DNA of 64,000 nucleotides from Hamiltosporidium tvaerminnensis FI-OER-3-3 (Eukaryota > Fungi > Microsporidia), in contig CM061252.1 in NCBI GenBank assembly GCA_022605425.2, positions 372,001-436,000 of the forward strand. The letters are read 5' to 3'. Positions 14,385 through 30,200 of this stretch are shown in pieces. The translations under genes were made by a program, and so were the position numbers. The notes under the pieces are model-generated. The model did not search any database. It saw nothing but the letters and a program-made list of their open reading frames with translations, and was not told the origin of the DNA. Position 1 is the stretch's first letter; every line of letters begins with the position of its first letter.

Positions 14385-14623
14385 TTTCCTTTACGATGCC
14401 AGAAGCAGAATTGGCTTTGGGTATTCTCTGCTTGTTGTAAGAGGGAACCAAAAAGAGACTGCTCCTCCATGTTGGGGATGGGTGTAGGGCTAACAACCCG
14501 TCTTTTATGACCGCCTCGTTACGAAACTCAAAAAGTAAATAACTCCCAGAAAAAAGACCAGAGAGCGGTATTACTAAGAGAGACCAAGGCTCGTAGAGGT
14601 CTGTAGTGCGAAAGATGAATGAA
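14385..14623 (+). mobile_element. RTE-derived bipartite SINE-like element (family S), copy 1
   Basis: Carries the family motifs GCAGAATTGGCT..TGCTTGTYGTAAGAGG, GGGCTAACAACCC and the 3' end GAGACCAAGGCTCGT..CTGTAGTGC, followed by an (ATGA)n tail. Confidence 0.85.
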
Positions 14624-17600
14624 GTTTCAAGTTCGAATTCTTAATTAGCTGGTTTGTAAAATATACAAATAAACCAATAAACACAATCTTATAGAATATG
14701 TTTTTGAGGAATTTTACTTATCGAAAGCCCAACCTGAATATTGGTTCTAAATATTTTACAAGCAACTCTATTTTAGGCAAAACTATCGTTTATGTCTTTT
14801 TTTTATTAAATATATGTGTTCGATATAGATATGCAATTCTTTGCAATAGATATATATGCTCTAAAAATCCTAAAAATATTAAAATTTTCAATGTCATAAT
14901 TTACATATTTTAAATTACCGAACGTAAATGAAATACAGCTAGAATTTTATGTGCTTTTTGCGTTTAAAAAAATATAATAAAAAAAAGATCGAATCGCAAA
15001 GTAGCATAAACTTTTAGATCTATAAAACAACATTAGAGAAATGTTTTATCATTCAATTTTATATATATTATATAGAAAAATCATGGTTTCATATATGAAT
15101 TTGTAGCTTTTCTACTGTAAATTAATATCGGATAATAACTGCGATGAATTCATTATTTATATCGCAGATTGTAAATATATTTGTTTTTTTTTAAAAAATG
15201 TTAACATTAAGCAATAAAATAAATTTATTAAAGATTTTTATTGTTCTTTGCAGACTCTCTAACCACTCAGAAGCTAAATGTCATAACTACTTACTATATA
15301 ATAAGAGGCTTGATTTCACGAAATTGTATTTGCTTTTATGTATTAGTCTACACATACAGCAATATTAATTAGAATTTATGTATAAAGAGTAAATGCAAAA
15401 TTTTGATAAGGTTTGCGGAAAGAGTTGTATTTCTTGCATTTATTATCATTATATATGCTATCGAAATTAAAGAGATTAAGCATATGCATAATGCCCAAAG
15501 CCAAAAGGAAATTTGGTAATTTTTTGGATAAATAAAAAAGACATACATATTAAAAATTAAGGGAGATTTCAGCAAAAAAATAATATAAACAAGCTGAAAA
15601 TGGGCTTAAAATCTTTAATTTAATATACGCTGCCGATATAAAGGTGACATGCATAGAGGTTGAGTCCCTGATATCGACAGAAGCTGCACTAATGAGGAAA
15701 CATTATAACATTCTTTTTTAAAATAAAAGATGCCTCATTTTAATCAAAGCGTTAAACATGGAAACTTAAATCAATTTAAGTCAGAATACAAGCTAACATC
15801 AGTAATTAAACCCTTTTTTGTATTTAAAATTTCAAAGGTCTAGATTTGATCAAGAGGATGCGAGAGAATATAATGCAAAACCAAGTGTAAATATTAATCG
15901 ATGAGGCTGCAAACTGGAATGCCGATCTGACAAAAGCAAGTGCTGTAATCGAAAAATTATTGTACTTCGATAATACGAGAAAGAGACTGCTCTAATTAAT
16001 AAAACGTTTGGATTGGAACTATTTAGTAAATATAGATGTTTTTTTGTTATTAATACCTTTTATAAAATATTTTAACTTGTAGTAATATTTACTAAAGGTT
16101 CGTATTCTATACTTTAGTTATAAAAATTTTTCAAATTTAGGAAATTTTAAATTAACGTGAGATATGCCATATTTTTGTGTCTATTATGATTTTCGAGTTG
16201 CATGCATCAAAATGTATGTTGCTCGCTGTTTATACCCGATATACATTGGCTTAGAAATTCTTAAATACTTTGAATAATACGCGGCAAAATATTGCATAAT
16301 GGTAAACTTTATTTGAACTTTACATATTTTTTTAAGGATACGTAAGTTCTTTCTACTATAACAAAATTTTTATTTCATTTAATTTTATTATTGTTAAATT
16401 GTTTTAATAATATCGCCATTTATAACCTGAATATTACGAAAAGACATATATAGAACTATTGCAATTTCTTAATAATCTATAAACGATTTTAAGTTACACA
16501 AGTAAGAAAGTATAAGGATTTTTTTTCTTCTAGTATTATTTCCAAATAAAGCTCAAGCAAAAAGCCTTTGATATCGTATCTTGCATATATTTGTAACGAA
16601 ATTACTTATTGACTCGACTAAAAAGGCTTTGAAATATAAATTTCTATGTCTAGTTTATTTAACGCTCAAATTTTTCAAAAAAAAAAACTATGATAAAAAA
16701 TATTTCTGTTAAATAGATTTGTAACAAATTTGATATTTTTTTGCACAAAGTAACACTTTAGAAAGTATAAGCCATCATTTTTGAATGAGAAAATTGTCAA
16801 TTTCTTGCTTTTAAAACTTGTTTTATTTATGCCTAAAGAAATTTCTTTAACAATTTTTATGATAAAGCAACATAAATCATATGGCAAAACAATTTAATAT
16901 TATCGGCTATTTTAAATGTTTACATCTGGAATTAATAAATCTAAGAAGATAGATATATAAATATCATGTATTTGATGTCTCGATTAACAAGCAGGCGAAT
17001 GAATGCTTTTAATAAAGATATACAATAAAATCAGAGTTTTTTATACCTAACATTAGTATTCTTAAGTTATATGTTGTTTTATAATGTAAGTTTACCGGTC
17101 TTAATTACACTGCGCAAATTTGTTTTTGAAATATATTTTTATTAAGACGACGCAAATAGTTCTATTCCTTAATTATTTGCATCAATATTATAACTTTTAT
17201 TAATGAATGTTGGAATACGCCAAGATTCAATCCTTATTTGCTTTAAAACAAAGAAAATTTTAAAAAAAATTATCATAAATTTGTTTATAATTTTTATTGT
17301 TGGTCAAAACCTAAAAATAATTTGAAAGCGCTATTTTTTTATCACATTTTTATCCTATTAACACTGACTAATAGACATATCTACGTTCTTTTGTATAAAT
17401 TTTTCTTTGGACTCTTTAAAACATATTTTTGAATAATTTAGAATGCCAAACTTTGGTTTTAGATGATTCAATTCTTATATTTTTTTTCTATAGTAAAATT
17501 AATCATAGGTAATTATCTACTGTTTCGATATTTATTAAAATTGTACTGTTTTATATTTTATTGAAAAATCGGATTTTTAAACTTTTTAAATAATATTCTG

Positions 17601-20600
17601 ATCATATTTCGATTTATTTATCATGGTACTTGTAAATTACTTTACAGTTTTTTTCTAAAAGCATTGTTGTTTGTAGAATTTTTTTTTATTAATCATTTAA
17701 AATTATATGCGTTAGATTTTAGACTTCTATAAGCATTATTGCAAAATTAATATCGCAATTACAAAAAAATATTCTATATTGCAGGTGAAGTATATTCGAT
17801 CTAAATTTTACTTGCTTTATAGTTTCCGTGTACACTCGTAATTGATAAACTTTATGAATAAATTACTAAGAGACCTTAAAAACTTCATTTCAACATAAAC
17901 AGATAAAAATTTCCATTTTACTAAGCCAATATTTGCAAAATAAAAAAATCAAAAGCTTTATAATTTAAAAAAGTATTATTCAAATCTGCTGTTTATCTAT
18001 ATCTTACTAAAAAGTGTAAAAACATTTATAAGTATTTAGTCAAAATAATTGAATGTCATTTAATCTAATTGAAGAATAACCGTGCTATTATTTTTATTTT
18101 AGAAGTACATTCTGTTCTTATATGTATCCTGAAAATAAGAAAAAACATTATATCTATTCTAAGATACATAGCTTATTCGATAATCTAGTTTTATATGTAA
18201 AGTGACTAATACTGTAAAGAGACGAAAATTTTACCTTTACTAAAAATATTATTTTTCGCATAATTTGAAAAATCTTATATACAAAATAAATTTAAGCAAA
18301 TTTTCTAAAAATCCGATTGTCTACGCTACTAGTAAAAAATAAAAATATTATTTTGCCTAAAAATGTCATTATTTAACAACTTGGTAGACATATTTACATG
18401 ATCAATTAACCTATCTAGTTTAAGTAAACTTTTTTTAATTTTTATTTTTAAATTCTAGAAAAGCAAATTTTTTATAAAAAATAATATTTATAAACAATTC
18501 TATAAATTATGTTAGAAATTGGCCTATCTCTATAAAATATTTGTAAACCTCTAAATGATTTGTTAAACCCGACGACAGTAAACATGCCTATGATTAAAAA
18601 TTGATAAAGTATGCATATACTAAATTGAGTAAAACTGGTAAAGAATAAGTTAAATTTAAGGTATCACATTTGTGTTTTATTTTAGAAAATATACACATTG
18701 GTTTGTAGTTGAAATAAAACAGCAAAAAATTTAGGTAATTTAGTTTCGAAACGTTAAATTTTTTCGACATTAGGATCTTACATATTGCTTTATATGCAGA
18801 TTTTGTTTTTTTTTTGTATTTTCGAGTATTTGGATGAAATAAATGGTTAGAAAATTTCCATGAATCTAGAATATCTTTAATTATAAATCGTTTTATTAAA
18901 TTTATTCTATTTAATTTTTTTTCATCGAGTAGCTTCATAGAAATATTCCATGCTACGGTTTTTTAGGCTATTTATATGTACCAAGAAATATATGAGGCGA
19001 CAATTATCGTGTATTTTTGGTTTTATCCTATATAGATATAAAATAGAAACGTAGACAAATTTTTTATTTTTTTGAAGATAAATTTATATTTAAATAAAAA
19101 AATATGAATCAAGAATAAGTCTTTACCCGTTAATTCTTTTAGAGCATGAGAACATTGCATTTATCAGCAAAGTTATTATAATTAGCGCATAGTGAGTTAC
19201 ATAGAAACATACTTTAGAGGCCATGCTATCGGAAAGACGATTTTGCTCGGTATGGGCTTGTTTAGTCTTTGTGAACTCAATTTAAAAAGCCGATAAAAAT
19301 CTAAGCATAAGTCTAGTATGTTTAAAATGAGTAAAATTGATTGAACGCTTAAGTTTAAAAAGGAAAAGTATGTTTCTATTTCAACCCCACGCCCGGCTAC
19401 AAATATTAAAAAAACCAGAGGATAAATATTTATTCATGAAAATGTTTAACACATCTTGTGCATAACGAGCCGTATGATATAGGCCTCGAAAGATGTATAA
19501 ATCTATACATGGTTGTTTCTCTATTTTCAACTAAAACCCGTTCATGCCAGTAAAACATTCTAAACTATGCTACTCTTAAGAAGAAAAATTTGCCCAACTT
19601 ATACTCAAGTATGTTGCATTGAGTTAGAATTGCGCATTAAAAAATATAAAAAAAGATTCAAAATATTTAGTATTTCTATTTTGTTTCTTTGATATACACG
19701 GGAAAACAAAATGCACCTTCTTAAATTAAAAATTTCGAGAAGATCCTAATAATAAACTTTGCCTTTGATAAATATAGACTATCACAAAAATCTGCCGCTT
19801 ATCAAATCATATCATCTTAAAAATTTGATCTAATATTTTTTTTATTATATTTTATGTTGTTTATACAATAAAATTTAACACCTATATCTGTCTATATGAA
19901 TCTACAACTTTTGAGGTGATTACTTAAGCGAAAGTACTTTGCCAGGTATCTTTTTAAAAACCATTTTAACGAATGAATTTCGACTATTTTAATATATTCT
20001 AATCTTTTACTTCCAAACATCTATAAAAATATTAATATAAAAACAGTTCCACCATTTTTAAGTTTGATATTGAAATTTCTTTTCTTGTTGAACTTAGTTT
20101 ACATCATATTTTCATTTGCAATCAATACTTATAAGGTTTTAGAAATTTTTTTTACATAAATGCAAAAAACCTTTCGATTGCTTAATTTCTTATAGTTTAA
20201 AATTCAAGTATAAATGCCTTTATAAATACTTTTTTCTAATAAAAATTTCAGACTTGAAAAAAAGTTTCCTATAACCAACAGTACAATGAAAAAAATGATA
20301 GTTTTTTAAAGGATATTTTAATTTATTTCGGCAAATATTTTAAATATATTGGCATTTTTAAGATATCAGAAACAGAACAGTAAGGCCTGAATTAGGGGAT
20401 GATTCTACTCAGCACATAATTGAGTGATACTCTAAACAATTATGCTCTGACCAGAAAACAACTTTACAAATAGATTTATGATTCAAAATATCGGCAAAGA
20501 ATTTGAAATAATAACTTTGATCGCATAAGCGTACATAAGAGGTTTAAAAGGTTACATTTTAAATTTTTTAAAAATATTGTTGCTCAAAAAACATTATCTT

Positions 20601-21002
20601 ACAATAAATACCGTTTCTCACTGTATTTAAATTATTAAGCATTGAAAGAATTTAAAGATCCTATTTAAATCTGGTTATTTATCTGAAAGACAAATTTACT
20701 ATTAAAATACGCTTAATTCAAATTTAGAGAAATTTTTGTGAACTGTTATTTTTATTTATTTTGCAAATTGCCACTACCGTTTTATTATATAATAGGAAAG
20801 AAGCATTTTGGATCGATAAATTTTTATTTACAAAGGTAAACTATTTTGATTTTAGGGCACCAAAATATCTAAATACAGTCTACAAAAAAATGAAATATAT
20901 ATCTTTTTCTTATTTTTTTTGCTGTAACAATCTTCAAAGAAATACGGTTCATCGTCAGAAAAATGTTTTGAGAGGGATAACAATTGTCATATATATAAAT
21001 AT

Positions 21003-21249
21003 AGTTTCTTCCTACCCTGCCGGGAGCAGAATTGGCTTAAAAAATTCTCTACTTGTTTTAAGAAATGACTAAAAGGGATTGATTCTCTATGTAGGGGCTG
21101 AGTATAGGGCTAACAACCCACCCTTTAAAACAGGTTTTTTACATAAGCCCACAAAAATAGAAAAACCCACCGGGAAAAGACAGGTGAGTTGTATTACTTA
21201 GGGAGACCAAGGCTCGTGCGGGACTGTAGTGCCAAAGATAAATGAATGA
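21003..21249 (+). mobile_element. RTE-derived bipartite SINE-like element (family S), copy 2
   Basis: Same 5' motifs (GCCGGGAGCAGAATTGGCT, GACTAAAAGGGA, GGGCTAACAACCC) and 3' end GGGAGACCAAGGCTCGTGCGGGACTGTAGTGCC plus (AATG)n tail. Possible 8-bp TSD ATAAATAT (20995-21002 / 21250-21257). Confidence 0.85.
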
Positions 21250-24200
21250 ATAAATATCAAAATGCTAGACCTTTTTTTATTAGAAATAAAGAAACTAAAC
21301 TTAAACATAATACTGCGAATTTTAACCTACATTTTTTTATCCTATAAAAGACATTAATGTATACTTTAATTTTGCTAAAGACGCAAATTTAATTTTTTAG
21401 ATACGATTCGTAGCTAGCAACAAGTCATTTCGAATTTTTTGTAATCTTTACAACCAGATCGAATTTCGCCTATAGCCGCAAACAAGTTAAAATTAATAGG
21501 GCAAAATTATGTTTAATTCTAAATTAAGACCAATATTTTAATGTGGATTTTATCTATCAATATAAATGTTCATATATAGCTATAAAAAAAATTTAAACAT
21601 TCATAAATCCAAAATATTTAACTTTTTTTTAAATGAATTTAGTTTTAGGGAAAATAAACAGGCATAAAATCTAATGTATATTACATTTTGTAAAAATCGG
21701 GATTAATGGCAAAAATTCCATATGTTATGCTATTCTAGCATTGTATAAGACTTGAGCTTATCTCGACGGTTCGTTTTTAATTTATCGAAAACCCAAATAT
21801 TAGATTTAGACTCACGTCACTTCTATTAGTATAGCTTAATAAGCATTGACTATAAGGCACACAGTAACATAATGCTTTATGTTGATTGTATTTGTTTCCC
21901 ACTGAAGGAAAGGCCAACAAAGAAATAGTAGTAAGAGTATACGGTCAGTTATTTATGGATAAAATTTACATTTGTAATAATAAGTTTGATTTTATTTCAT
22001 ATTCTTATTTACTAGATCAATGTCTTTTTCTGGTATAAATATAATTTGAACCTCTTTATAAATATTTTTTAAGCTGTCCATGTATTAGCAAAGTAAATTT
22101 CTCTATTGGGTTGTCGGATCAATGATCCAATTATTTGTGTATGCTATATATTTCGTTTAATGAAATGGTGAGATGTTATCTTGTATATATTTCATAAATC
22201 TATAATACCTCTGTATGAATCATTTAAGCAGTCTTGTTTTGCCATTAAATGTATCATGTATACCAAAAATTTTGGTTTTTTAGTTAAGAATATTTATTAG
22301 GTTTTTAATCTTAGGTAAATCAAGTGGTGTACCTTTTTAAAAATAAATTGAAGGTGGTGATACAAAAATTGATATAGCCTACCCAAATGTTTCCTTTTAA
22401 TAGCGCATAGTTTGTAAAGACATCAATAGACTCTTATTCAATCTATGGAAATTTCAAAAAAAATATTGTAATAAAAAATTTAAATATGTTTAAATCTACA
22501 CCTTAGATACGTTTTAGGTATGTTAAGTACTCTTGAAACGTAAGTAAATTTTTTTTTTACTTGAAAAATACCTATTCAGAATTTTCGGTGCTATAAAATT
22601 ATCTTTCAATATATTTCCTTATATTCAATAATATAGTATATTATGTTTTTCATATTACATAGTATAAAATATTCCTATTATAAAAATATTTAGCATGGTA
22701 TGTCAAACAGATATACTTGAAAATATTGCATAAGGTAATAAAGTAATAGCTAAAAATTTAGAGATATTTTAATATAGTAATCTTTTCGAACCATAAAAGC
22801 AAATTTCAAGAAATTAAATACATAATTTTTTAAAATACAAATTTTTATCAAAGAAACCGGATTTAAATTTGTTTTTATCATCTGAGCTGATATAATTAAA
22901 AAACTAAATTAGCATCACACATATTAAAGATTTAATTTCGACGGTTTTCTTTTTTTAAATGTCTGACAATAATTCTTAGAATATTTCTGGGCATATGTTT
23001 ATATAAAGTACTAGAAAACTGTAAGATATTTATAAAAACCTTAATATTTTGCAACTTATTATATACAATATAATCTACTTTTAGCTTTCAAAGGTCTCAT
23101 ATGAGATACTAGAGCTATTGCCAACAACTATATCTCCTAATTCTATACATTTAAACTGAATATTATTAATTGACAAAACTTTATGATTTCTCTATAAAAT
23201 AATCTAATACCTAAAACGCGTTAATAAATTAATGGAATACCATATAATTCGAAGACTTTTTCTAAAATAGTTAAAATTGCGTACAACTTATCTTAGCTCA
23301 AAGGCTTATTTCATACTAAATTAAAGTATTTTAGAAATGCATTTGTAGTTAGTATTTTTTAATTCGTTGATGCCTACAGGTAAAAAGAATTGTAAACCTA
23401 TGTATAGATTTAATTCTAAGCTTTTGTATAATATATTTATTTGTCAATTATTTTTAGTAATTTTTATGGTGAAAAAAATTGCAATTTGTGGACGCAAACC
23501 GTATATCTATTATTTTGACCTTAGTATCCTATTTTTAAATTTTAATTAAATAGTACTAAATATTGCCTTTTATTTTGATAAATAGAAAATTCTTCTAATG
23601 GGTTTTACGTTTTATAGATCTAATAAATTAAAACCAATTGTCGCAAAAAAATTATTATGAATACTATAAGATTTATCTTTATATTAAAGTTTTTTTTTGT
23701 TTTTGTATAAAAAAGTTAAATTTATTTTAGTCACTCAATTAAATACGAATCAAATAGCAAATCTAAAAAAAAATTCTGGGTAAAAAAAAAGTTATTCCTT
23801 TAATGATATTATAAAGTAATGAAAATGTAACAAATAAATCAAATAATAAAGTGTGTAGCCTAATAATATTTTAGAAATATAAGTTTTGACTTGCATTTTT
23901 TATTTTGGGTTTCCTAATAATGTATTTCCTTCGTTTTTTTATAGTACGCAATACTCCTATATGATATTTCTTAGTCTTACAATAAAAATTTTATATAACG
24001 TTTATATGATTCATTTTTATTAAATATATAATTACCATCAAAATTTTTCTGAATAGCCAACTAAAAAATTTGAAAATAAAAGTGCAAGGTTTAAAGAAGA
24101 TATATCTTTGGAACATAATCGATAATTATACTTTTATATGGAATATTCGACTGTTATCTAGATAGAATATTCAAACATGGTCTGCAAAAAATATTAAATC

Positions 24201-27200
24201 ATACTTAGAATGTTAAATAACTATTTAGAAGGTATATATTAGATATTTTAAAAACAATAATCAGAATAAGTTTTGTAACCAGATGTTTTTCTTTTAAGGA
24301 AAATTTAATTAAATTTTTACTTAATATTGGATTTAAGTATGATTTTTATCATTATCATTGAACAAATTGTATTCGTGTGAAGTAAACTGCAAACTATTGA
24401 TGACTTTTTTATAAAAGAGTTTAAACTCGTCTAACTACAAAAATTTCGTATGCATTATAAAAAAATTTAATTTTTGCGATTACTAAGTCATGTCAATGCA
24501 AATTCAAAAATATTTGAGCTATAAAATAGAAATTTAAAAAAACTTATGTTGTTTTTTTTCATACTCGTTTTCTAGGTATATTCATTATTTGCACTTTGGA
24601 TTAAATGCTTTTTTATTTAAAATTTAATCTATTATATAGGTACTATTAGAAAACATACATTAACGAAAAAACATATTAGAATTTAAAATGTATTTACGCT
24701 TTTTTTAAAAGTAGTAGACATTATATGACTTAGAATATTTTCATTCTATTCCGATATTTTTTTTGAAAATCAAATATAACGTTTTATATATGATACAAAT
24801 AAGGGTATGAGCGTACTATAAAGAAATACATTAGATTTTTAGTAAAATTTTGCAGAATAGAGTCAATAGCATTGAATATGGGAATCTCTAAGACAACTAT
24901 CAATGAATATCGTATTTGAATTTCTTTAATTGTGTTGTTTAGGTTTAGCTTTTAACCTTTTATTTTTGTGTATAGTTTTTTTTACTCTTTCATAATTCTT
25001 TTGACTTTGAAAAAGATTCTCTAACCATATCTCTCTTTTTAAAATAATTTTACAATCAAGGCTTTTGTGTCCAAAACTTATTTGACTTTTGGGTCTTGAA
25101 GTACTTCTTCTATATTAATTATGTTTAAATCATTTTTTAAAGTGTACATATTAATGTATAGATATGGCCAATGTTGAAATATCTTGTATTTTAGAGTTTG
25201 TAAGCGATTGAGTTAAAATTTTTCAGATTTATAGAAATGTTCATACACAACCATCTCAAAAGTAATTTGTGATTTTAGTTATGTCTGAAGTTTAGTAATT
25301 TTGGCGATTGAATATTTAAAAGATACGCACATGAGCAGCTGCCTGATCTATTACTAAATCTCCGTACCATCAATAAGCATATATTTATTGTTTTAAGCAG
25401 TAACGTTTGCAAACCGTAAGTCTCTATTTCTTAGAATTTTTTTCAATATATATTTAATGTTTTTATATTCTTTTCATAGTTTAGTCAATATAAAGCTATA
25501 AAATTTGAAATGAATTCCTCAAATCTTTTCGTTTCTATCTTAAGATATAGCTAATATAACCAGAAAAATTTGGGCGGTTCCGAAATTTCATATTCTACAC
25601 TAAAAAAGTCATCATGAAATTATGCTGTTTAAAAGTCTCATGAAATCGTATAATGTATGAAACAGGATATGTTTTTTTATAGCATTTAGCCATGTTTCAG
25701 ATAATTTCTTTTCCCGAACAAAGTTAAATGAGTTTTTTGTTGTATTCAGTATTTTCTTGTTTTAAAATCAAATATACCCCGAGCATTAACTCTATTCTTC
25801 TTATAGGATGAAACTTTCGAAGAAGCGTTAGCTAATTCTATCATTTTTATGGTTATATTTAATTTTTTTACATAAGAACGTACAGTAAATAAAAAATTGT
25901 TTTGTTTGGTAGCAGTAATTGAATGTTTTGCTAATTGAAAAATATCGTATACTAAAAATAGAGTAATCTTTTTTATAACATGGTTCTCTTCACTTTTTGT
26001 TTTTCTAAGAAATCACTATTTTGCGTAAAGCGATAATTTTTATTCTTGTTTTAATAACTTATAAGCGTCGTTAGTTAGATATAATACGGTTTAGAATAAA
26101 TTTATAGATAAACAAAAATTATGTATAATAGTAAGATATAATATTATTCTTGTTTTGTCACTCAAAGTACTTTTTCAAGATTGTGATTGACTAATTAAAT
26201 AGAGATATATATGTTTAGAACAATGCTGCCTATATTTTTGAAATTTTTTTTAAATTAAAATTCTGTAAAAACGACTAATATATATAAATTTGGGCTAATT
26301 AATACTGATATTAATTCGTAATATTAAGTAAACTGATTACCTAAAATTTTTTACATCCTACTGAATTATATTTAGTTGTCAATTATTATCTTGTTTTTAC
26401 AAATAGAAAATATAGTCATTTGTAAGCCGAAATTTTTAAAATTAAGTGTATTTATAGCTGCATAGTCTTTCAATCTATCTTTTAGACATGATTAAACTAA
26501 TGAAACCCACTCTATCGTAAATTTTAAAAAAATGTATTGCTAAAACCTTCTGGGTCTATAAATATAGTAAAGTTTACTTTTTACATATGCAGCAAAAACA
26601 AGCTCAATATTATATTTTTTTCGGATGTTTTCTAATCTATTTCGGTCATTTTAAAACAATGGTTTCAAAATTCTAAGATTTGTAAAAGAGATAATATTTT
26701 ATCAATAAAAAAAGTGCAAAGAACCGCCGTATTATATAAAAGTCTTACGATACTATAGAAAATTCTACTCAGAAGCTAAATTCGGGTTTATAAAAAAATT
26801 TTTCATAAAATAACCGGTAGGAAAGTTAAAATATATTCGTTGTCTTTTATTACTGAATTAGCTGGTTTTATTTTCTTTTAAGATATATTTTAATGAGCTA
26901 AAATTACATTCAAAAGTTTATATTATTTATCCAGCCTGGCTCATTTCTAACGATAACTTATATATTTTTAGAAACTTTTGTAAGTATATACAGAGAAATA
27001 TTGATTTCGGGCTTTAGACATATATAAATGTGTCTGTATTATATATTCTTTATAAAATATATAGGCGGAGAAAAAATATCTACATTAAAACTATCTGTTA
27101 GGATATGTTTCTAGAAATATGTATGAAAATTATTTTTGCCATTTTAGTGCGATATAAACCACATTAGTTCTATAGACCAGTCATGTAATCCGAGTTACAA

Positions 27201-30200
27201 CAGATTAAAAGAATCATTTGGAAATTTGCAGTTGTTAATCTTCAAACTCAAGAGGTAAAAGAAGAATGGAACAAGTATCTAAGTAATACAATATAATTTT
27301 AAATTAAAAAAGATTTGCAGACTTTGGTAAAAACATCATGTGAACTCTTTTAGTTAAAAAGTCATTTTATTTACAACAATATCTAATTCTGAGTATAATG
27401 TAGCTGCCGAAAAAATAATACATTTTCGTACTATAACCTTGTTTTAATGAAAAAAACATGTCAAATTAATTGCTATATCGTTTATATTAGCTCTACCTGT
27501 ACTATCAATATCAAAAAAAAAAACATTTTTGTAAGTTTAGTTAAATTATGTCACTCACTCTATTTATGCCTTAAATAATTAATAATGTTAGAAATAAAAT
27601 TTAAAGATGGAATTATTTTTTAAAAAAATATATTAAACAATATTCTAGTCAATCTTCAGTGTATTATATATTAGTCTGTACAAATAAACTCGGACTTAAA
27701 TATCATTACAACGCGCAATCATATCACATCAGCGATATTGATTTTGGTAGATATGTATTATTATATTTTCTCATTTAAGTTTTTGATATTTCTTGAAAGA
27801 TTTATGCTATAAATTGTTTTGTTTATATTATAATATACTTTTAGCAATAATTTTCAAAATAACTACGTATGTAAAGATAAGTTTAAGTTTTTGTTATATA
27901 TTTCTGTAAAAATAATGTAAAAAACATTCAATATGAAATGTTAATTTGAGAATTTTACAATATTTAAAATTTGCAATTGTTTTTTACGATTTAAAATCAG
28001 TCTTTTGATATGCATCAAAAAAAATTTCTCTTTATAAATATTTTCAATATTTAAGAAGTTTAAAGTACAAAATTATTTCTTTGCTAACATAATTGGGTAT
28101 TTATCCGTAAAAAGACACAATATTACCAGGAAATGTATCAAAATTAATAGATTTGCCTTAGTTATTAATCCTGATGACTTTTTAGAAAATTCCAAACAAT
28201 AAATTATTTCTAAATAAAAAACATTAAATTTAAAAACTATAATGTCTTTTCATAAAATATTTTAGAAATAAATTTTTTCGATGTCATCATGAATCCCAAA
28301 TGAGTTATCCGAATTCATTTTTAATAATCTGATTTCTTGTGCTGAAAATTGTTCTGATACGACCTTTACTTCAAAAATTAGATGAGCGGCTAATTTCCTT
28401 GCGAGTATTTACGCTAGGAAATCCTAAATAGAGTTACCGAGATATAAATGACACGTATGTTTATACATTAGAGGGAATACAATCTGTTTTAAGAAATTTT
28501 TAATATAGTTATTATTTGAAAGATTATATTTTTTTAATACCAAATCTAAAACAGGTTGATTGACGGTATACTGTTTTGAGCAAAGACATTTTTTTGTTTT
28601 ATAGTTCTTGGATTCTATAATCAAAGGTTTAGTATCAGTTTAAACGTAAAAAAGGTTATATATTGATAAAAAATTGTTATTATAAAGGTTATAAACCAGC
28701 ATAAACTCAACATTTATAATGCAATAGATATATGCTTTACAAATAATTTTTTTACAATTTTAACAGAAAGTTTTGCGTTATATCAATGTATTAAAAACTA
28801 AAAACATTAAAAATCAGTTTTTGTTCTTAATATAATCTCTTATGCAAAATAAAGATTGAGAATTTTAAAGAAACATGCAAAAAATGTTATCAAAAATTAA
28901 AGTACAAGAATAATCCCAATTGAAAAAAATTATATAAATTTAAATTTTCAAATAGTTCCTGTCCTAGAAATACCAGATAATACACTTCGATATTATATAA
29001 GATTATACTAAAATAATTAGAACGAAGTATGATCTCGGATAAAACTTGCTTTTCTGTTTGATTATATGAAAAATCATTAGTGAATGTGAGAATCATTAGT
29101 CAAATATTTAATATAATCTTCTGTTTGTAAAAATGTATAATAACCATTATATTTCTAGACTTTTACATTGATTTTCATGTTAAGAAAAATTACAAATTGT
29201 TTTTTTCCTTTACTATTATATATAGCTAACCGATTAATAAAGTTAATTTATTGGTAAAAAATTTAAACTAGCAATCACATGTAGCTATAATGCTATGCGT
29301 CAATCCTTTGTTATATTTAAATTTACTATATAGAAATGCATTCTCTATAGAATATGTGTAATATTTTATATTCTTAGAAAGACAATAATTCATTTTGTAT
29401 ATAAGCTTCTTTAATAATCTTTTTTTCGAAAACCTCCATAGTAAAATTATAGTGTTTTTATGCCGGTTAAATTTGTGATTCTTGTATTAAAATATCTTCT
29501 GTTCTTTGAAAAATAATCAAAAAAAAAATCAAAAATTACATGTATGGCTATGTTTGATTTATATGTATTTCTTCCTGGTGTAAAAATCTAAACAAGAGCA
29601 TGCATATTTTGTTATATTTCTAATAATATTACTTTTCTATAAGTGTGGAAAATCGTCGAATCTATTATTTTTTTCAACACATAAGAACTAATTAATACTT
29701 ATTTATAAATTATAATCAAAATTGATGAATATATTTTAAAAAATTGGATAAGTATTTTAATTAATAGAAATTATGTGTATTTAAAACAGTTACTAATAAA
29801 ATCATGAAATAAATCGCGGTCTTTCGAATATTTGAAACCGCAGACGTAAAATTACAAAATGTTTGGATAAAAAAAAACATAATACGTTTTAACTCTACAT
29901 TGAAAAATAACATTCTAGTCTTACGGCTGAAATATTTACAAATAAATATATTTACAAAATCACACTCTGGATTTTTAGGTTTTGATTGAGATGGCTAAAG
30001 AGATATATAAATCTATTTAGTTCTAAAATCGTGTTCCTCCAATGATGAAAAAAGTATTGAAGGAATGCTTTTCGCGATCAGAACCTTGTAAAAGTGTCTT
30101 ATCGGTGTTTATCAAGCACGTAATAACCATTCAAAATCTAAATGTAATTAAGTATTTTTATCTAGCGCATTTCTTCAGTAAGTTTTAAAATGCTAAAATA

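Noticed and set aside
14631-14640. B-box-like GTTCGAATTC suggesting a tRNA
   Set aside because: No cloverleaf or A-box around it.
15890-15995. ILIDEA motif (Walker B or Tc1-like) in a short frame
   Set aside because: No supporting motifs nearby, and it is too short to assign.
19467-19500. GAGCCGTATGAT resembling the start of group II intron domain V
   Set aside because: The complementary half (..CGTACGGTTC) and other domains are missing.
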